From Octopus sinensis (taxonomy: Eukaryota), in assembly GCF_006345805.1 (NCBI RefSeq), contig NW_021826127.1, forward strand, positions 1 to 13,527: 13,527 nt of DNA, in the 5' to 3' direction. How positions within the stretch are numbered: the stretch's first letter is position 1; each line of letters starts with the position of its first letter. Made by a program: the position numbers and the translations under genes. Shown here one piece after another: positions 1 to 10,145 of the stretch. Under the pieces are notes generated by a model. The model saw nothing but the letters and a program-made list of their open reading frames with translations, was not told where the DNA came from and made no database searches.

Positions 1-34
<34 letters not shown>
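1..34. repeat. (TA)n microsatellite
   Basis: Perfect TA run at the window start. Confidence 0.97.
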
Positions 35-36
<2 letters not shown>

Positions 37-318
37 ACAATATTCTTCCCAGTGAACGGACGCCAGGGGGTCCGCAGGGGCGGGGCGTATTTTAAATAGA
101 TTAGTCCTGACTGAGGAGACCTTTGACCAAAGGCGTTCCAGATGTGACCACTCCGTGCCAGTTTTATATCTAGGACAACGTGGTGCAATATTATTTCATT
201 CTTTTATAGTTTGAAAGTGTTAACTGCTTTGTCAAGGTGAAATGTCAGCGAGGGAGACAACATATGGTTTATTAACTTGTGATGTGAAAGAAAGAATTAT
301 CAACTAAAATAATAGCGC

Positions 319-354
<36 letters not shown>

Positions 355-382
355 TAATTGTTATTATTATTATTATTATTAT
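319..382. repeat. (TAA)n/(TTA)n microsatellite, self-complementary
   Basis: A TAA run switches to a TTA run around acaataattgtt. Confidence 0.93.
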
Positions 383-504
383 GTTTTCTTTGTTTGCCAC
401 CAGGGTGAAGGGGAACATACAAAGATAGACAGACAGACATAGATACACAGATAGATAGATAGACAGACAGACAGAAAAAAATCATACATATGCACAGACA
501 GACA

Positions 505-846
505 GACAAATAGGCAGACATTCATGCTGCGACATGATCTGCGAGCCAGACAGACAAACAGACAACACCTAATGGCAGACAGGCAGATAGCCAGACGTTA
601 AACAAGACACGATGACATCCGGCCCGACAACCAGACAGCCAGACAGCCAGACAGCCGGATGGCCAGACAGACAGTCAAACAGCCAGACAGTCGATCAGTC
701 AGACATACAAGATGATGGACCACTAATTATAATGTAACAATTAACTGCTGCCAATCTGGTTAACAGTTATTCTTTATTCTGTCGGATTGAGTTCTCTATT
801 GAAACGTCTAAATGCCAACTTCTGTAGATCTTCAGACAATTGTACA
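505..846 (+). repeat. Long inverted repeat, left arm
   Basis: Reverse complement of ~2258-2596. By manual alignment 715-846 matches 2258-2389 with 3 mismatches in 132 nt. The outer part is degenerate (GACA/GCCA)n-rich, and the outer boundary is approximate. Confidence 0.95.
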
Positions 847-989
847 AAAATATGGTTAAAAATATTGCAAAGACTAGTTCTATATAAACAATGCAATCGA
901 AGATAAAGGAATATAGGTAAAGGAAATATATACATATTTCAGGAACAATTGCTCCTTCATCATGTCCATTAACCAGCCGGTGGCAGTGT

Positions 990-991
990 TA

Positions 992-1022
<31 letters not shown>

Positions 1023-1086
1023 GTAGTAGTAGTAGTAGTAGTAGTCAGTAGGAGGAGGAGGAGGAGGAGGAGGTGGTGGTGGTGAT
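990..1086. repeat. Compound trinucleotide microsatellite (TAG)n-(GGA)n-(GGT)n
   Basis: Seen directly. Confidence 0.93.
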
Positions 1087-1278
1087 GACAAAAAAACAAC
1101 GATTTGTTTAATTGGATCACAAGGGCCCCTAATCTTAGACGTTGGAGACGACAGACAAAACGCGAAGCAAAAAGGGAAATGACGGTGAAATTGTGTCGAG
1201 ATTTCCATGGAGCGAGAAAAACAAGGGCGAGTGGGAGGACGGAGATCAAATAAACAATAGAGACACGTTTATAAATTG

Positions 1279-1304
1279 GCAGCAGCAGCAGCAGCAGCAG
1301 TAGC

Positions 1305-1347
<43 letters not shown>

Positions 1348-1412
1348 ACAATACTAATAATAATCTCCTATACGTCCTTCTCTTATAATAATAATGATGA
1401 TGATGATGATGA
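1279..1412. repeat. Compound microsatellite (GCA)n-(GTA)n...(ATA)n-(GAT)n
   Basis: Seen directly. Confidence 0.9.
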
Positions 1413-1673
1413 TAGGGAACAAACAAAATATGAAAGGGAACAGATCCCCTGCCGATTCTGTTTGGTCCCCGATTCTGTCCCTTAAAGCATTCTCTCCCAA
1501 GACCCGCCCAGCAAAATCAAAAAGAACTATGTGGAGGGATCAATGATCAAATATTGGTTAACAGGGGTGGGCGAAAATGGAGAAGAACTGTCAAATCAAA
1601 GACGATTTATTATTTTTTTTCTTGACAAGCAATATACATGACATATATAGAATTATTTATGTGCACAACTTTT

Positions 1674-2006
1674 TATATATATATATATATATTCATACAT
1701 ACATATATATATAATATTATATATATATATGCATATCATATATATACATACACATAATATATATACACATATACAAATACACACACACATACATACATAC
1801 ATATATATATATATTATATATATATATATGTATGTATGTATATATATCTATATATTAGATATATATATAAATACATATGCATATATATAAGCACACACAA
1901 TACATATATATACACACACACAAACACACACATATATATATGTACATGTCTGTCTGTGTATATGTGTATATAGAATATTATGCATCATATATACGTATAA
2001 TATATA

Positions 2007-2042
<36 letters not shown>

Positions 2043-2112
2043 TATATGTCTTATATGTATATATTTATTTTTGTATGTCAGCATCTATATATATATATAT
2101 ATATACACACAC
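1674..2112. repeat. Degenerate (TA)n/(CA)n/(TACA)n low-complexity tract
   Basis: Seen directly. Confidence 0.9.
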
Positions 2113-2257
2113 CACATTTTATACGAGTGTAGAGTGGGGGAGAGGAAAACACCAATAATAACAGAAATATTTTTTTATTATTTTATTATTTATTTTGGGT
2201 CTTTTTTATTCAAGAGTATTTTCATGTTTTCACGGTTTTTTTTTGTTGTGTTTTTAA

Positions 2258-2596
2258 TGTACAATTGTCTGAAGATCTCCAGAAGTTGGCATTTAGACGT
2301 TTCAATAGAGAACTCAATCAGAGAGAATAAAGAATAACTGTTAACCAGATTGGCAGCAGTTAATTGTTACATTATAATTAGTGGTCCATCATCTTGTATG
2401 TCTGACTGATCGACTGTCTGGCTGTTTGACTGTCTGGCTGTTTGACTGTCTGTCTGGCCATCCGGCTGTCTGGCTGTCGGGCCGGATGTCATCCTGTCTT
2501 GTGTAATGTCTGGCTATCTGCATGTCTGCCATTATGTGTCGTCTGCCTTGTTTGCTTCGCAGACGATATCGCTGCGTGACTGTCTGTCTGTCTGTC
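2258..2596 (-). repeat. Long inverted repeat, right arm
   Basis: Reverse complement of ~505-846. It carries an extra 16-bp tandem duplication (gactgtctggctgttt) relative to the left arm. Confidence 0.95.
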
Positions 2597-2690
2597 TCGC
2601 TCTTCGTTTGAACATGTCTGCTTGTTCGAGCGTGCCTGCTTGCGTTCGTGCGTTCGTGCGTGCTTGCGTGCATGTGTGCGCGCGTTTGTT

Positions 2691-2895
2691 TCACCTTCGA
2701 TCGCGCTATCATGGTTTCAATTCCTTGGCCGGATGGTGCATTATGTTCTTGAGCGAAACACTCCATCTCACGTTGCAGATGCGTGAGATGAAGTGCACTC
2801 GCTCAGACAATGTCTATTTGATGGAGGGAGTGAGTTAAAGTACAGCAGAACCATTTGGACACTGTAAACAAATCATTCGTGTAAGTCACATGTTG
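2691..2895 (+). mobile_element. Degenerate tRNA-derived SINE remnant (V-domain-like core)
   Basis: A B-box-like ggtttcaattcc is followed by tgttcttgagcgaaacactccatctcacgttg. This resembles the tgtgttcttgagcaagacact core of V-type SINEs and the motif at ~4796-4832. Confidence 0.55.
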
Positions 2896-2905
2896 TCTTC
2901 GACAA

Positions 2906-2980
2906 TATATCATATATATATATATATTATATATATATATATATTATATATATATACGCATAGATATATAATATATATTA

Positions 2981-3011
<31 letters not shown>

Positions 3012-3120
3012 GTGTGTGTGTGTGTGTGTATATATATATGTATATATATATGTATATATATATGTAAATATGTGTGTATATATCTAAATCTGTGTATATA
3101 TATATATATATATACACACA
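2906..3120. repeat. (TA)n/(TG)n microsatellite tract
   Basis: Seen directly. Confidence 0.93.
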
Positions 3121-3122
3121 TG

Positions 3123-3196
3123 ACCCAACATGGCCCAATGGATAAGACACCGGCTTCCTAAGCCGGGGTTTGCGGGTTCTAGTCTCGTCGCAGGTA
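3123..3196 (+). tRNA. tRNA-Arg(CCT)-like pseudogene or tRNA-derived repeat
   Basis: A box TGGCCCAATGG; perfect anticodon arm CCGGC-TTCCTAA-GCCGG (anticodon CCT); T arm GCGGG-TTCTAGT-CTCGT; T5 at 3206-3210. The acceptor and D stems are mismatched and the B box deviates from consensus, so it is probably not a functional tRNA. Confidence 0.75.
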
Positions 3197-3210
3197 TATG
3201 AAATATTTTT

Positions 3211-3602
3211 AAGTAGCTTGCTTACCAGCCACATGGTTCCGGGTTCAGTCCCACTGCACGGCACCTTGGGCAAGTATCTTCAACTATAGCCTCGGGCCGA
3301 CCAAAGCCTTGTGAGTGGATTTGGTAGACGGAAACTGAAAGAAGCCCGTCGTATATATGTATATATGTATATATGTACATGTGTGTATATGTTTGTGTGT
3401 CTGTGTTTGTCCCCCCAACATCGCTTGACAACCGATGCTGGTGTGTTTACGTCCCCGTAACTTAGGGGTTCGGCAAAACAGACCGATGGTATAAGTACTA
3501 GGTTTACAAAGAATAAGTCCTGGGGTTGATTTGCTCGACTAAAGGCGGTGCTCCAGCATGGCCACAGTCAAATGGCTGAAACAAGTAAAAGAGTAAAAGA
3601 GT
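3211..3602 (+). mobile_element. tRNA-derived SINE (family A, octopus-type) with internal microsatellite, slightly 5'-truncated
   Basis: Highly similar direct copy at 11607-12042. B-box-like gggttcagtcc, central caccttgggcaagt core, internal (TA/TG)n and (gtaaaaga)n tail. Confidence 0.9.
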
Positions 3603-4007
3603 ATATGTGTGTCTGTATGTGTGTGAGTGTGTGTTCGTACGTGTGCGTGCTAGATAGGGCGTGCGCGCGCGCGAGCGTGTCACGCTCTCTGTATTTAACT
3701 AAAAAGGAGTTGCTAGATGGGTTTCCAAGTTAATGGAGATAATATTTGGAACAAGAGCGACAGGAAAAGTCATAACTGAAAATGTAATTTGGAGTAGGAA
3801 AAGATAACAATCGTTAATCCGGCTGCTGTTATCCCTTATCCGACATCAAAATTATAGCCTTATTTCTGTTGAACCGAGCACCTAATTATTCCCATGGTGG
3901 ATTTCGTTGGAGACGAATAAAGATGTCGCCGAACGCTGAGGGGCGCTGTCTCTTTTTAGTTGTAATTTATGATGACATTCTCGTTTTGAAATCTCTTGTG
4001 GGATTGT

Positions 4008-4252
4008 TTATGTGTGTGGTGTGTGTGTGTATGTTTGAGTTGTGTATGTGTGTGTGAGCATGTTTACATATGCATATATAACTATACATATATATATATT
4101 TATATATATATGTACACAAACACATATATACACACACAAATACACACACACATACAAATATATATATATACAGATTCATACACACATACTTATATATACA
4201 TAAATATTTATACACACATACATATACATACACACATACACACGCGCACACA
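4008..4252. repeat. (TG)n then (TA/CA)n low-complexity tract
   Basis: Seen directly. Confidence 0.88.
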
Positions 4253-4782
4253 GATAGCGAGATCCATACGCATATACATTCCTACATATCTATAGGTTAA
4301 CCATACACCAGGAGTGATGCTCGTGATTACTCAAGGTCCCCAGAGACTAATGATAAAGATATGTTCCTTGTCGTTGTTATTATTGTTCTTATTAGTTGGT
4401 TGCTATCATAGTTGTTATTGCCATTGTTTTCAAACCCTTGTTAACCCTAATCGAACAAACGATCAAAAGCGTTCCAGTGGTGGCCATCACAGTTTATAAA
4501 CCAGGGAATCGGAATCTGCGGTGTTCGTCTGTCATGATTGATCCTGTATCTACACCCGGAACGTTCTACTTCAGGAGTACAACCGTGGGCAATATTTTAT
4601 TGTTTTATGGAAATCTACCAGTTTCTCAGCCACGGGTACAACTCTGTCCCCATTGCCGCACCGATGACATTCGTCCAGGAGTATAGCAAAGGTCCGAACA
4701 GCTTCGTAAGCAGTGTTGTCTGCAGCAAATGCAGAACATACAGAGCCGGATTAAATACCAGAAGGCAATTTGTACTAAACGA

Positions 4783-4980
4783 ATCGGGCGATATGTTGTG
4801 TTCTGGAGCAGAATTATTTCATTTCGCGTTGCTTCAGTCCATTCGGCTGTAAATGGTCAGCTTTGCGACGGATTGGTGTGATCTCTGTCAGTTTATATGC
4901 CATGGAAACCGGGTAACCGGTTCTATGAGTCCTAGGGCTCGGCACAGTAACGTCCATGAGACTTAATTTCCTCTTTACTT
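4783..4980 (+). mobile_element. Degenerate V-domain-like SINE remnant
   Basis: gttgtgttctggagcag...tttcatttcgcgttgcttcagtccattcggctgtaaatgg...tgcgacggattgg...atgccatggaaaccggg resembles invertebrate V-type SINE body and tail motifs (recalled). It shares its core with 2740-2775. Confidence 0.5.
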
Positions 4981-5035
4981 TTATGAAACATCGCTTCTTG
5001 TTGTTTTGTAAAGTCTGTCATAGGTCTTTGAACAA

Positions 5036-5366
5036 CTTTCTCTTTCACCTCCTCCTCTCCCCTTTTCTCCTCTTTTTCCTTTTCCTCTTCTTCCTCCTCC
5101 TCCTCCTCCTCCTCTAATTTTCATCCCATCTTCTTCCTGTTCTCTTTCTTCCTTCTACTTCATTCTTCGTTCTTAAAATTTATTCACGTTTTCTGCTTCT
5201 TCTTTTCTTTCCTCCGGCTTCAGTCTTCTTTCAAAACGTTCTCAATATTCTTTCCCTCTTCTTCTTCGTTATCTTCTTTCCTCCTCCTCCTCCTTCGTCT
5301 CCACCTACTCCTACCCCTCCCCTTCTTCTTTCCTCCTTCTTTCTTTTATTTCCATTTAACTCTTCT
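5036..5366. repeat. Polypyrimidine (CCT/CTT)-rich low-complexity tract
   Basis: Seen directly. Confidence 0.85.
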
Positions 5367-5472
5367 TAAAAGCATTTTTTGCAAGTAGAGCGTTTCTCTT
5401 GCTTTATCTAAAAACTTACCCAATTTTCGTTCGAAGCCCACCAAGTATCCTTTCTTACAAAAAAACTGAACG

Positions 5473-5487
5473 TTATTATTATTATTA

Positions 5488-5522
<35 letters not shown>

Positions 5523-5532
5523 GATATTATTA

Positions 5533-5611
<79 letters not shown>

Positions 5612-5622
5612 TATTATTATTA

Positions 5623-5653
<31 letters not shown>

Positions 5654-5662
5654 TATTATTAT
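5473..5662. repeat. (TTA)n microsatellite, ~190 bp
   Basis: Seen directly; it is the source of the poly-I and poly-N ORFs. Confidence 0.97.
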
Positions 5663-5969
5663 CGCAGCCATACTAACGCTATTGCTTTTTGGTTTCTAGT
5701 CTGTATTCCTGGTTTTTATCTGCTTGTATGTAGGTACTGTTTTTTTTTTTGGTTTTGTTTTTTTTTTCTCTTTTACTTGTAATTTTCTTCTATAAAACGT
5801 GCGTTTTGTACTCTCGAAGCACCCGTTTCTTTCCACGTTTCACAGAAGACATATATCTCCCGCCATTAATTCAACGCCAACTTGAACCTAAGTGCACCTA
5901 CAATGTTATTAGTTCATAAACTCCCTTTAACGTCCATCTTTCTGCCAGGATTTCTCTCTCTGTCCTATT

Positions 5970-5983
5970 CACACACACACACA

Positions 5984-6029
<46 letters not shown>
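5970..6029. repeat. (CA)n(TC)n microsatellite
   Basis: Seen directly. Confidence 0.95.
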
Positions 6030-6031
<2 letters not shown>

Positions 6032-6051
6032 ATCTCTGTCTGTGTGTTTCT

Positions 6052-6284
6052 TATTTCTTTACTGCCCACAAGGGGCTAAACACAGAGGGGACGAACAAGG
6101 ACCGACAAATGGATTAAGTCGATCACATCGACCCCAGTGCGTAACTGGTACTTATTTAATCGACCCCGAAAGGATGAAAGGCAAAATCGACCTCAGCGGA
6201 ATTTGAACTCAGAACGTAACGGCAGACGAAATACCGTTAAGCATTTCGCCTGGCGTGCTAACGCTTCTGCCACCACGCCGCCTT
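6052..6284 (-). mobile_element. tRNA-derived SINE with Nin-like domain (family B), near full length
   Basis: The minus strand reads aaggcggcgtggtggcagaagcgttagcacgcc... with B box gagttcaaattcc and a Nin-domain-like gcctttcatcctttcggggtcgattaaataagtaccag. Related copies lie at 8315-8468 and 11464-11512. Confidence 0.88.
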
Positions 6285-6430
6285 ATCTGTCTATCTGTTT
6301 GTCTGTCTGTCCGTCTATCTATCTATCTATCTATCTGTCTGTCTGTCTATTTATCTATCCATACACACACATATATACATATCTATAACTGCCTATTAAT
6401 CTATATTTCTGTATGTCTGTCTCTTTCCTG

Positions 6431-6462
<32 letters not shown>

Positions 6463-6556
6463 ATCTCTCTATCTATCTATCTATCTATATCTATCTATCT
6501 ATCTATCTATTTATCTACCTGTTTATATCTATCTGTTTGTGTCTTTGTTTGTCTGT
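6285..6556. repeat. (TCTA/TCTG)n and (TC)n microsatellite tract
   Basis: Seen directly. Confidence 0.9.
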
Positions 6557-6944
6557 ATCCCACCACAATTATTTCTAATTTGCATTTTCACGCTCCATTT
6601 ATGAAAAATGCTAAAATTAACTGAACCATTGTCCTTCTTTCTTTAGATGAATATTAATTCTAGTTGGTTCTTTTATCACTCCCTGAATTATACACATCAT
6701 TGCCTTTTCGTGTGAATGGTGTCCCTAACCTACCTAACGTTAGGGACTGTGGTTGCTCCCTAACAAAATATATTTAATCTGCTCCCTAACCTCCCATCAC
6801 CAATACAGTATTAACACATGCAATAGGGGTAAAGATAGAACGGCGTTGACAGAGCAAAAGTTTGTCTCGGGTCACGGGTAATCTTCTGTATATTGAGCAG
6901 AGCTACAGTGTCCAGTATAACCCCTTGTGGGCTTCTGTTGGTCA

Positions 6945-7140
6945 CTGTCGACCAAGCATCTATACGTGCATTGTGCAACCCTGCACAAAATTTTTTGAAG
7001 GAAGACTGGTACTTTCCCGTGCATGAAGTTCTCTCCCTCTCTACGCCTCTGATGTTTATCCAACGAAAAAGCCATCGATTTGGACCGATACAACCTGCCA
7101 CCAGTATCATTGAACGCGTTATCAGAACTCGAAGAGCTGA
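6945..7140 (+). pseudogene. Possible highly decayed RTE-type LINE ORF 3' fragment
   Basis: Across frames it reads IYT..AQN..D / YPTKK / FGPIQPATSII..RTRR, loosely like the post-RT RTE motif YTRLL..AQN.SW..HPTK..YG.IPP.S.II..RR. The match is weak and needs frameshifts. Confidence 0.3.
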
Positions 7141-7252
7141 AGCAGATGATGGCAGTTCTTCATATCCGAAGATCATGGGGAAGAAAGGGAGCGCCTGCAT
7201 TCAGAGATGAGGCTTCGAGAGCCAGTACCATCCAGTTCCATCCAGTACCTGT

Positions 7253-7254
<2 letters not shown>

Positions 7255-7304
<50 letters not shown>
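7255..7304. repeat. (TC)n microsatellite
   Basis: Seen directly. Confidence 0.97.
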
Positions 7305-7306
<2 letters not shown>

Positions 7307-7399
7307 TTGTCACTGCGGGACTTTTTCTTCCTGTCTGCGCTTAGTAGTTTTAAAGAGAGAGCCAGTTCATACAATCACATCTCACGCTTTAGACTTAGA

Positions 7400-7630
7400 G
7401 ATCTGATTACAGTGGCTCAGCGGGCCAAGACGGCTGCGGTGACCGGCAAGCTGTAAGTGTTACACTGGAGTGACCTTCTTCTAGAGCTCCACCTACCCTG
7501 GATTTGCCGGAAGGGTCTCAAAAGGGGCACTGGACGGTCTGAGGGAATCCATTCTTTGATATGATGTCGAGGTTAACTCCCCTTAGATTTTTCTCTTCTC
7601 GCCGCACTCACAAGGCAGTGAGGGTTTGTG
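7400..7630 (-). mobile_element. Probable LINE (RTE-like) 5' UTR remnant
   Basis: GC-richer non-coding island. The minus strand aaaccctcactgccttgtgag...aaaaatctaaggggagttaacctcga...gattccctcag resembles recalled RTE-clade 5' UTR motifs. Confidence 0.4.
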
Positions 7631-7640
7631 CTTGTATCAA

Positions 7641-8315
7641 GAGATACAAGAACAGAATTGAATAGTTCAAACAAACAAAAAAAAAAGCTGCTCAAAACCG
7701 ACCAAAGTAGATTTTAGTAAATGGAGGCGTTACAATGAACGTACGCATACCAAGGAAGAGACAAAGGAATTCTGTAGAATCATTTGGAGCCACGAAGTGA
7801 AACATAATGGCGATGTTTAAAAAAATATATGCAAATAACGTAGATTTAACAAAGATCACAGGAGAAAAGTTAATAAATGCCTTGAAAGGAAAGCCAAAGT
7901 GGAAATCTCCTGGAACAGATTTAGCCCAGGGATTTTGGCTAAAACATTTCACTGCACTTCATGATAGAATGAGAATAGTTGTTTTGGAACAGGAGATATT
8001 CCTGAAAGGATTACGAAAGGCAGGACGGTTCTAATATTGAAAGATCAAAAGAAAAGAAATATTGCAAGTAACTACCGACCAATAACTTGCCTTCCACAGA
8101 TGTGGAAGTTACTAACAGGTGTTATTGCAAAGAATATAAATGTGTATCTTCAGGAGAGTGCTCTGCTACCAGAAGAACAGAAAGGATGTAGAAAAAGTTC
8201 CAAAGAAACAAACGACTTATTAAATATGTGTCAGCAAGTTCTCCGGGGGGCCAAAAGCAGGAAGAAAATCCTAGCAACAGCCTGGATCAATTACCAAAAG
8301 GCATATGACAGTGTG
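7641..8315 (+). mobile_element. Non-LTR retrotransposon reverse transcriptase fragment, R4/Dong-like (RLE group); frameshifted pseudogene
   Basis: Motifs in the expected order across frames: RYKNRIE*FKQ; KEETKEFCRIIWSHEVKHN; WKSPGTDLAQGFWLKHFTALHDRM; ASNYRPITCLPQMWKLLTGVIA; LLPEEQKGCRK; AWINYQKAYDSV. It ends at a SINE junction. Confidence 0.9.
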
Positions 8316-8468
8316 GCACAAGGCCACAATTTTGGGAGTGGAGGTAAGTCTATTACATCGACTCCAGTTTTCAACTGTTATTTATTTTATCGACCCCAAA
8401 AGGACGAAACGCAAAATCGACCTCATAACGTAAAGACGGACGAAATACCTTAAGCATTTTGTTCGTCG
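8315..8468 (-). mobile_element. Degenerate Nin-like SINE (family B relative) with internal deletion
   Basis: acatcgactccag...ttatcgaccccaaaaggacgaaacgcaaaatcgacctc...acgtaaagacggacgaaatacc..aagcattt aligns with 6125-6248. The B-box segment is deleted. Confidence 0.8.
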
Positions 8469-8833
8469 ATTCATCCATCTTAACCAAACTTCTTTGTATT
8501 GCTAATCAGTTCTTTATTGGCCGAAGGGAGATGGACAGTGTGTATGTCAGATATTACACAGACAAATTATATAAACGGAGTCTGGGTGGAGACTACATAA
8601 ATCGCAGGGAGACGGATATTGATATGATTTATTGATATTTCGGTATCACCGACATGTACATCCTGTCGTTCAATGCGCATGTCAAGTAATTTCCTCTCTC
8701 ACTTCCGCTTGCGTGACAAGTAAAGAAAATGGGCACAGATCCCACCCATATATGTGACAGAGAAACAATAGGTGGCGCTGTTAGGAGACAAGGAGAGGAA
8801 GAATAAAACGATAATTCTGCGTAATTCGTAGCT

Positions 8834-8955
8834 GTGTGTGTGTGTCTGTGTGTGGTGTGTGTGTGTGTGCACGAATGTATATGTGTATGTATATATGTAT
8901 ACGTATATATGTATATATATATGTGTGTGTACGTGTGTGTGTGTGTGTGTGTGTG

Positions 8956-8997
<42 letters not shown>
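8834..8997. repeat. (TG)n/(TA)n microsatellite
   Basis: Seen directly. Confidence 0.95.
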
Positions 8998-8999
<2 letters not shown>

Positions 9000-9097
9000 C
9001 GCTTCAAGACTAAACGTGTATACGTCTGTGTGTGTCTGTAGTGGATTATATATACAGAGACAGAGACAAATTCACAGACATATATACAGCTTTTAAT

Positions 9098-9159
9098 CTT
9101 TTTTCTTTACCTTTGCAGCTGCTTCAGTCGCCGGGCTGCGGCCATGCTGGAGCACCGCC
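9098..9159 (-). mobile_element. 3' tail fragment of SINE family A
   Basis: ggccatgctggagcaccgcc is the exact reverse complement of ggcggtgctccagcatggcc at 3544-3563. Confidence 0.75.
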
Positions 9160-9434
9160 ATGAGTGTGTATTTGCATGTTATGATTATGCCTGATCATGT
9201 ATACTGACGCATCGGCAAGGTGTTCATAAATTTTCTTTACAACTCCCACAATTTGTTTGTATCTTTTGCAGTTGAGATCCGTCATTCAACATCTTTGCAA
9301 CCGACGGAGTCGACTTGGAAGTGGCCTGAAGTTTATTATAAGACTTTTGTTGTTTGCCCATGTTTTCCAATAAATTTTGCCGAGTTGCTCTTATTTCTCG
9401 CTTTTTACCGAATTTTTCAAATTGTAAAGGTAAT

Positions 9435-9596
9435 TGTGTGTGTGTGTATGTAAATATACAAATATACATGCATACATATTTATGTATAACTTTATGTATG
9501 TATGTATATGTGTATATGTGTGTGTGCATGTGTGTGTGTGTGTTTGTGTTTGTATGTATATAACTGCATATAAATATGTATGTTTGTATGTACGAA

Positions 9597-9629
<33 letters not shown>

Positions 9630-9691
9630 ATACAAAAACAAAGCGCACTCTATATATTTGTGTGTGTGTGTGTGTGTGTGCGTGTGTGTGT

Positions 9692-9736
<45 letters not shown>
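9435..9736. repeat. (TG)n/(TA)n microsatellite tract
   Basis: Seen directly. Confidence 0.93.
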
Positions 9737-9738
<2 letters not shown>

Positions 9739-9970
9739 TATCTGCATGCCTGTACACACGCATACGTTCAAGAATGAAAAGCTGTTATGCACGCATGATT
9801 ACTCGCTGCAAGTAAAACCGCTCTCCATCCCCACAACACAAAATCACAAACACACACGTGTAAAATATACACAGCGAATTTTCTCCCAAGTGAGATGGCA
9901 GACATTACGTAAGGGATTTTTGTCATTGGTGACAAATGGTAACAGATTGTTGCGTTTACGAAACAATCTG

Positions 9971-10099
9971 CATCATCATCATCATCATCTTCTTCTTTAT
10001 CATCATTACCAACATCATCATTATCATTGTCATCATCGTCATCATTGCCGTCGTCGTCGACATCATTGGCGTCGTTGTCGTCGTCGTCATCTTCAACAT
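9971..10099. repeat. Degenerate (CAT)n/(CGT)n microsatellite
   Basis: Seen directly. Confidence 0.9.
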
Positions 10100-10145
10100 C
10101 CCTATTCCCATGTCTTTAGCATATGGTTTCTTCACCCCTATTGTT

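Noticed and set aside
110-150. CTGAGGA followed by the hairpin cctttg-ac-caaagg, resembling a hammerhead core
   Set aside because: It is followed by cgttcc instead of the required GAAA; more likely the tail of an interspersed repeat.
505-2596. Autonomous DNA transposon between the inverted arms
   Set aside because: The spacer is mostly microsatellite with no transposase, and no clear outer termini or TSD are visible.
2389-2838. ORFs of 125 and 110 aa
   Set aside because: They span the simple-repeat part of the inverted-repeat arm and a SINE remnant, with no recognisable protein.
3803-3928. Short inverted pairs (gataaca/tgttatc and cgacatc/gatgtcg)
   Set aside because: 7-bp stems are expected by chance, and no ncRNA family is recognisable.
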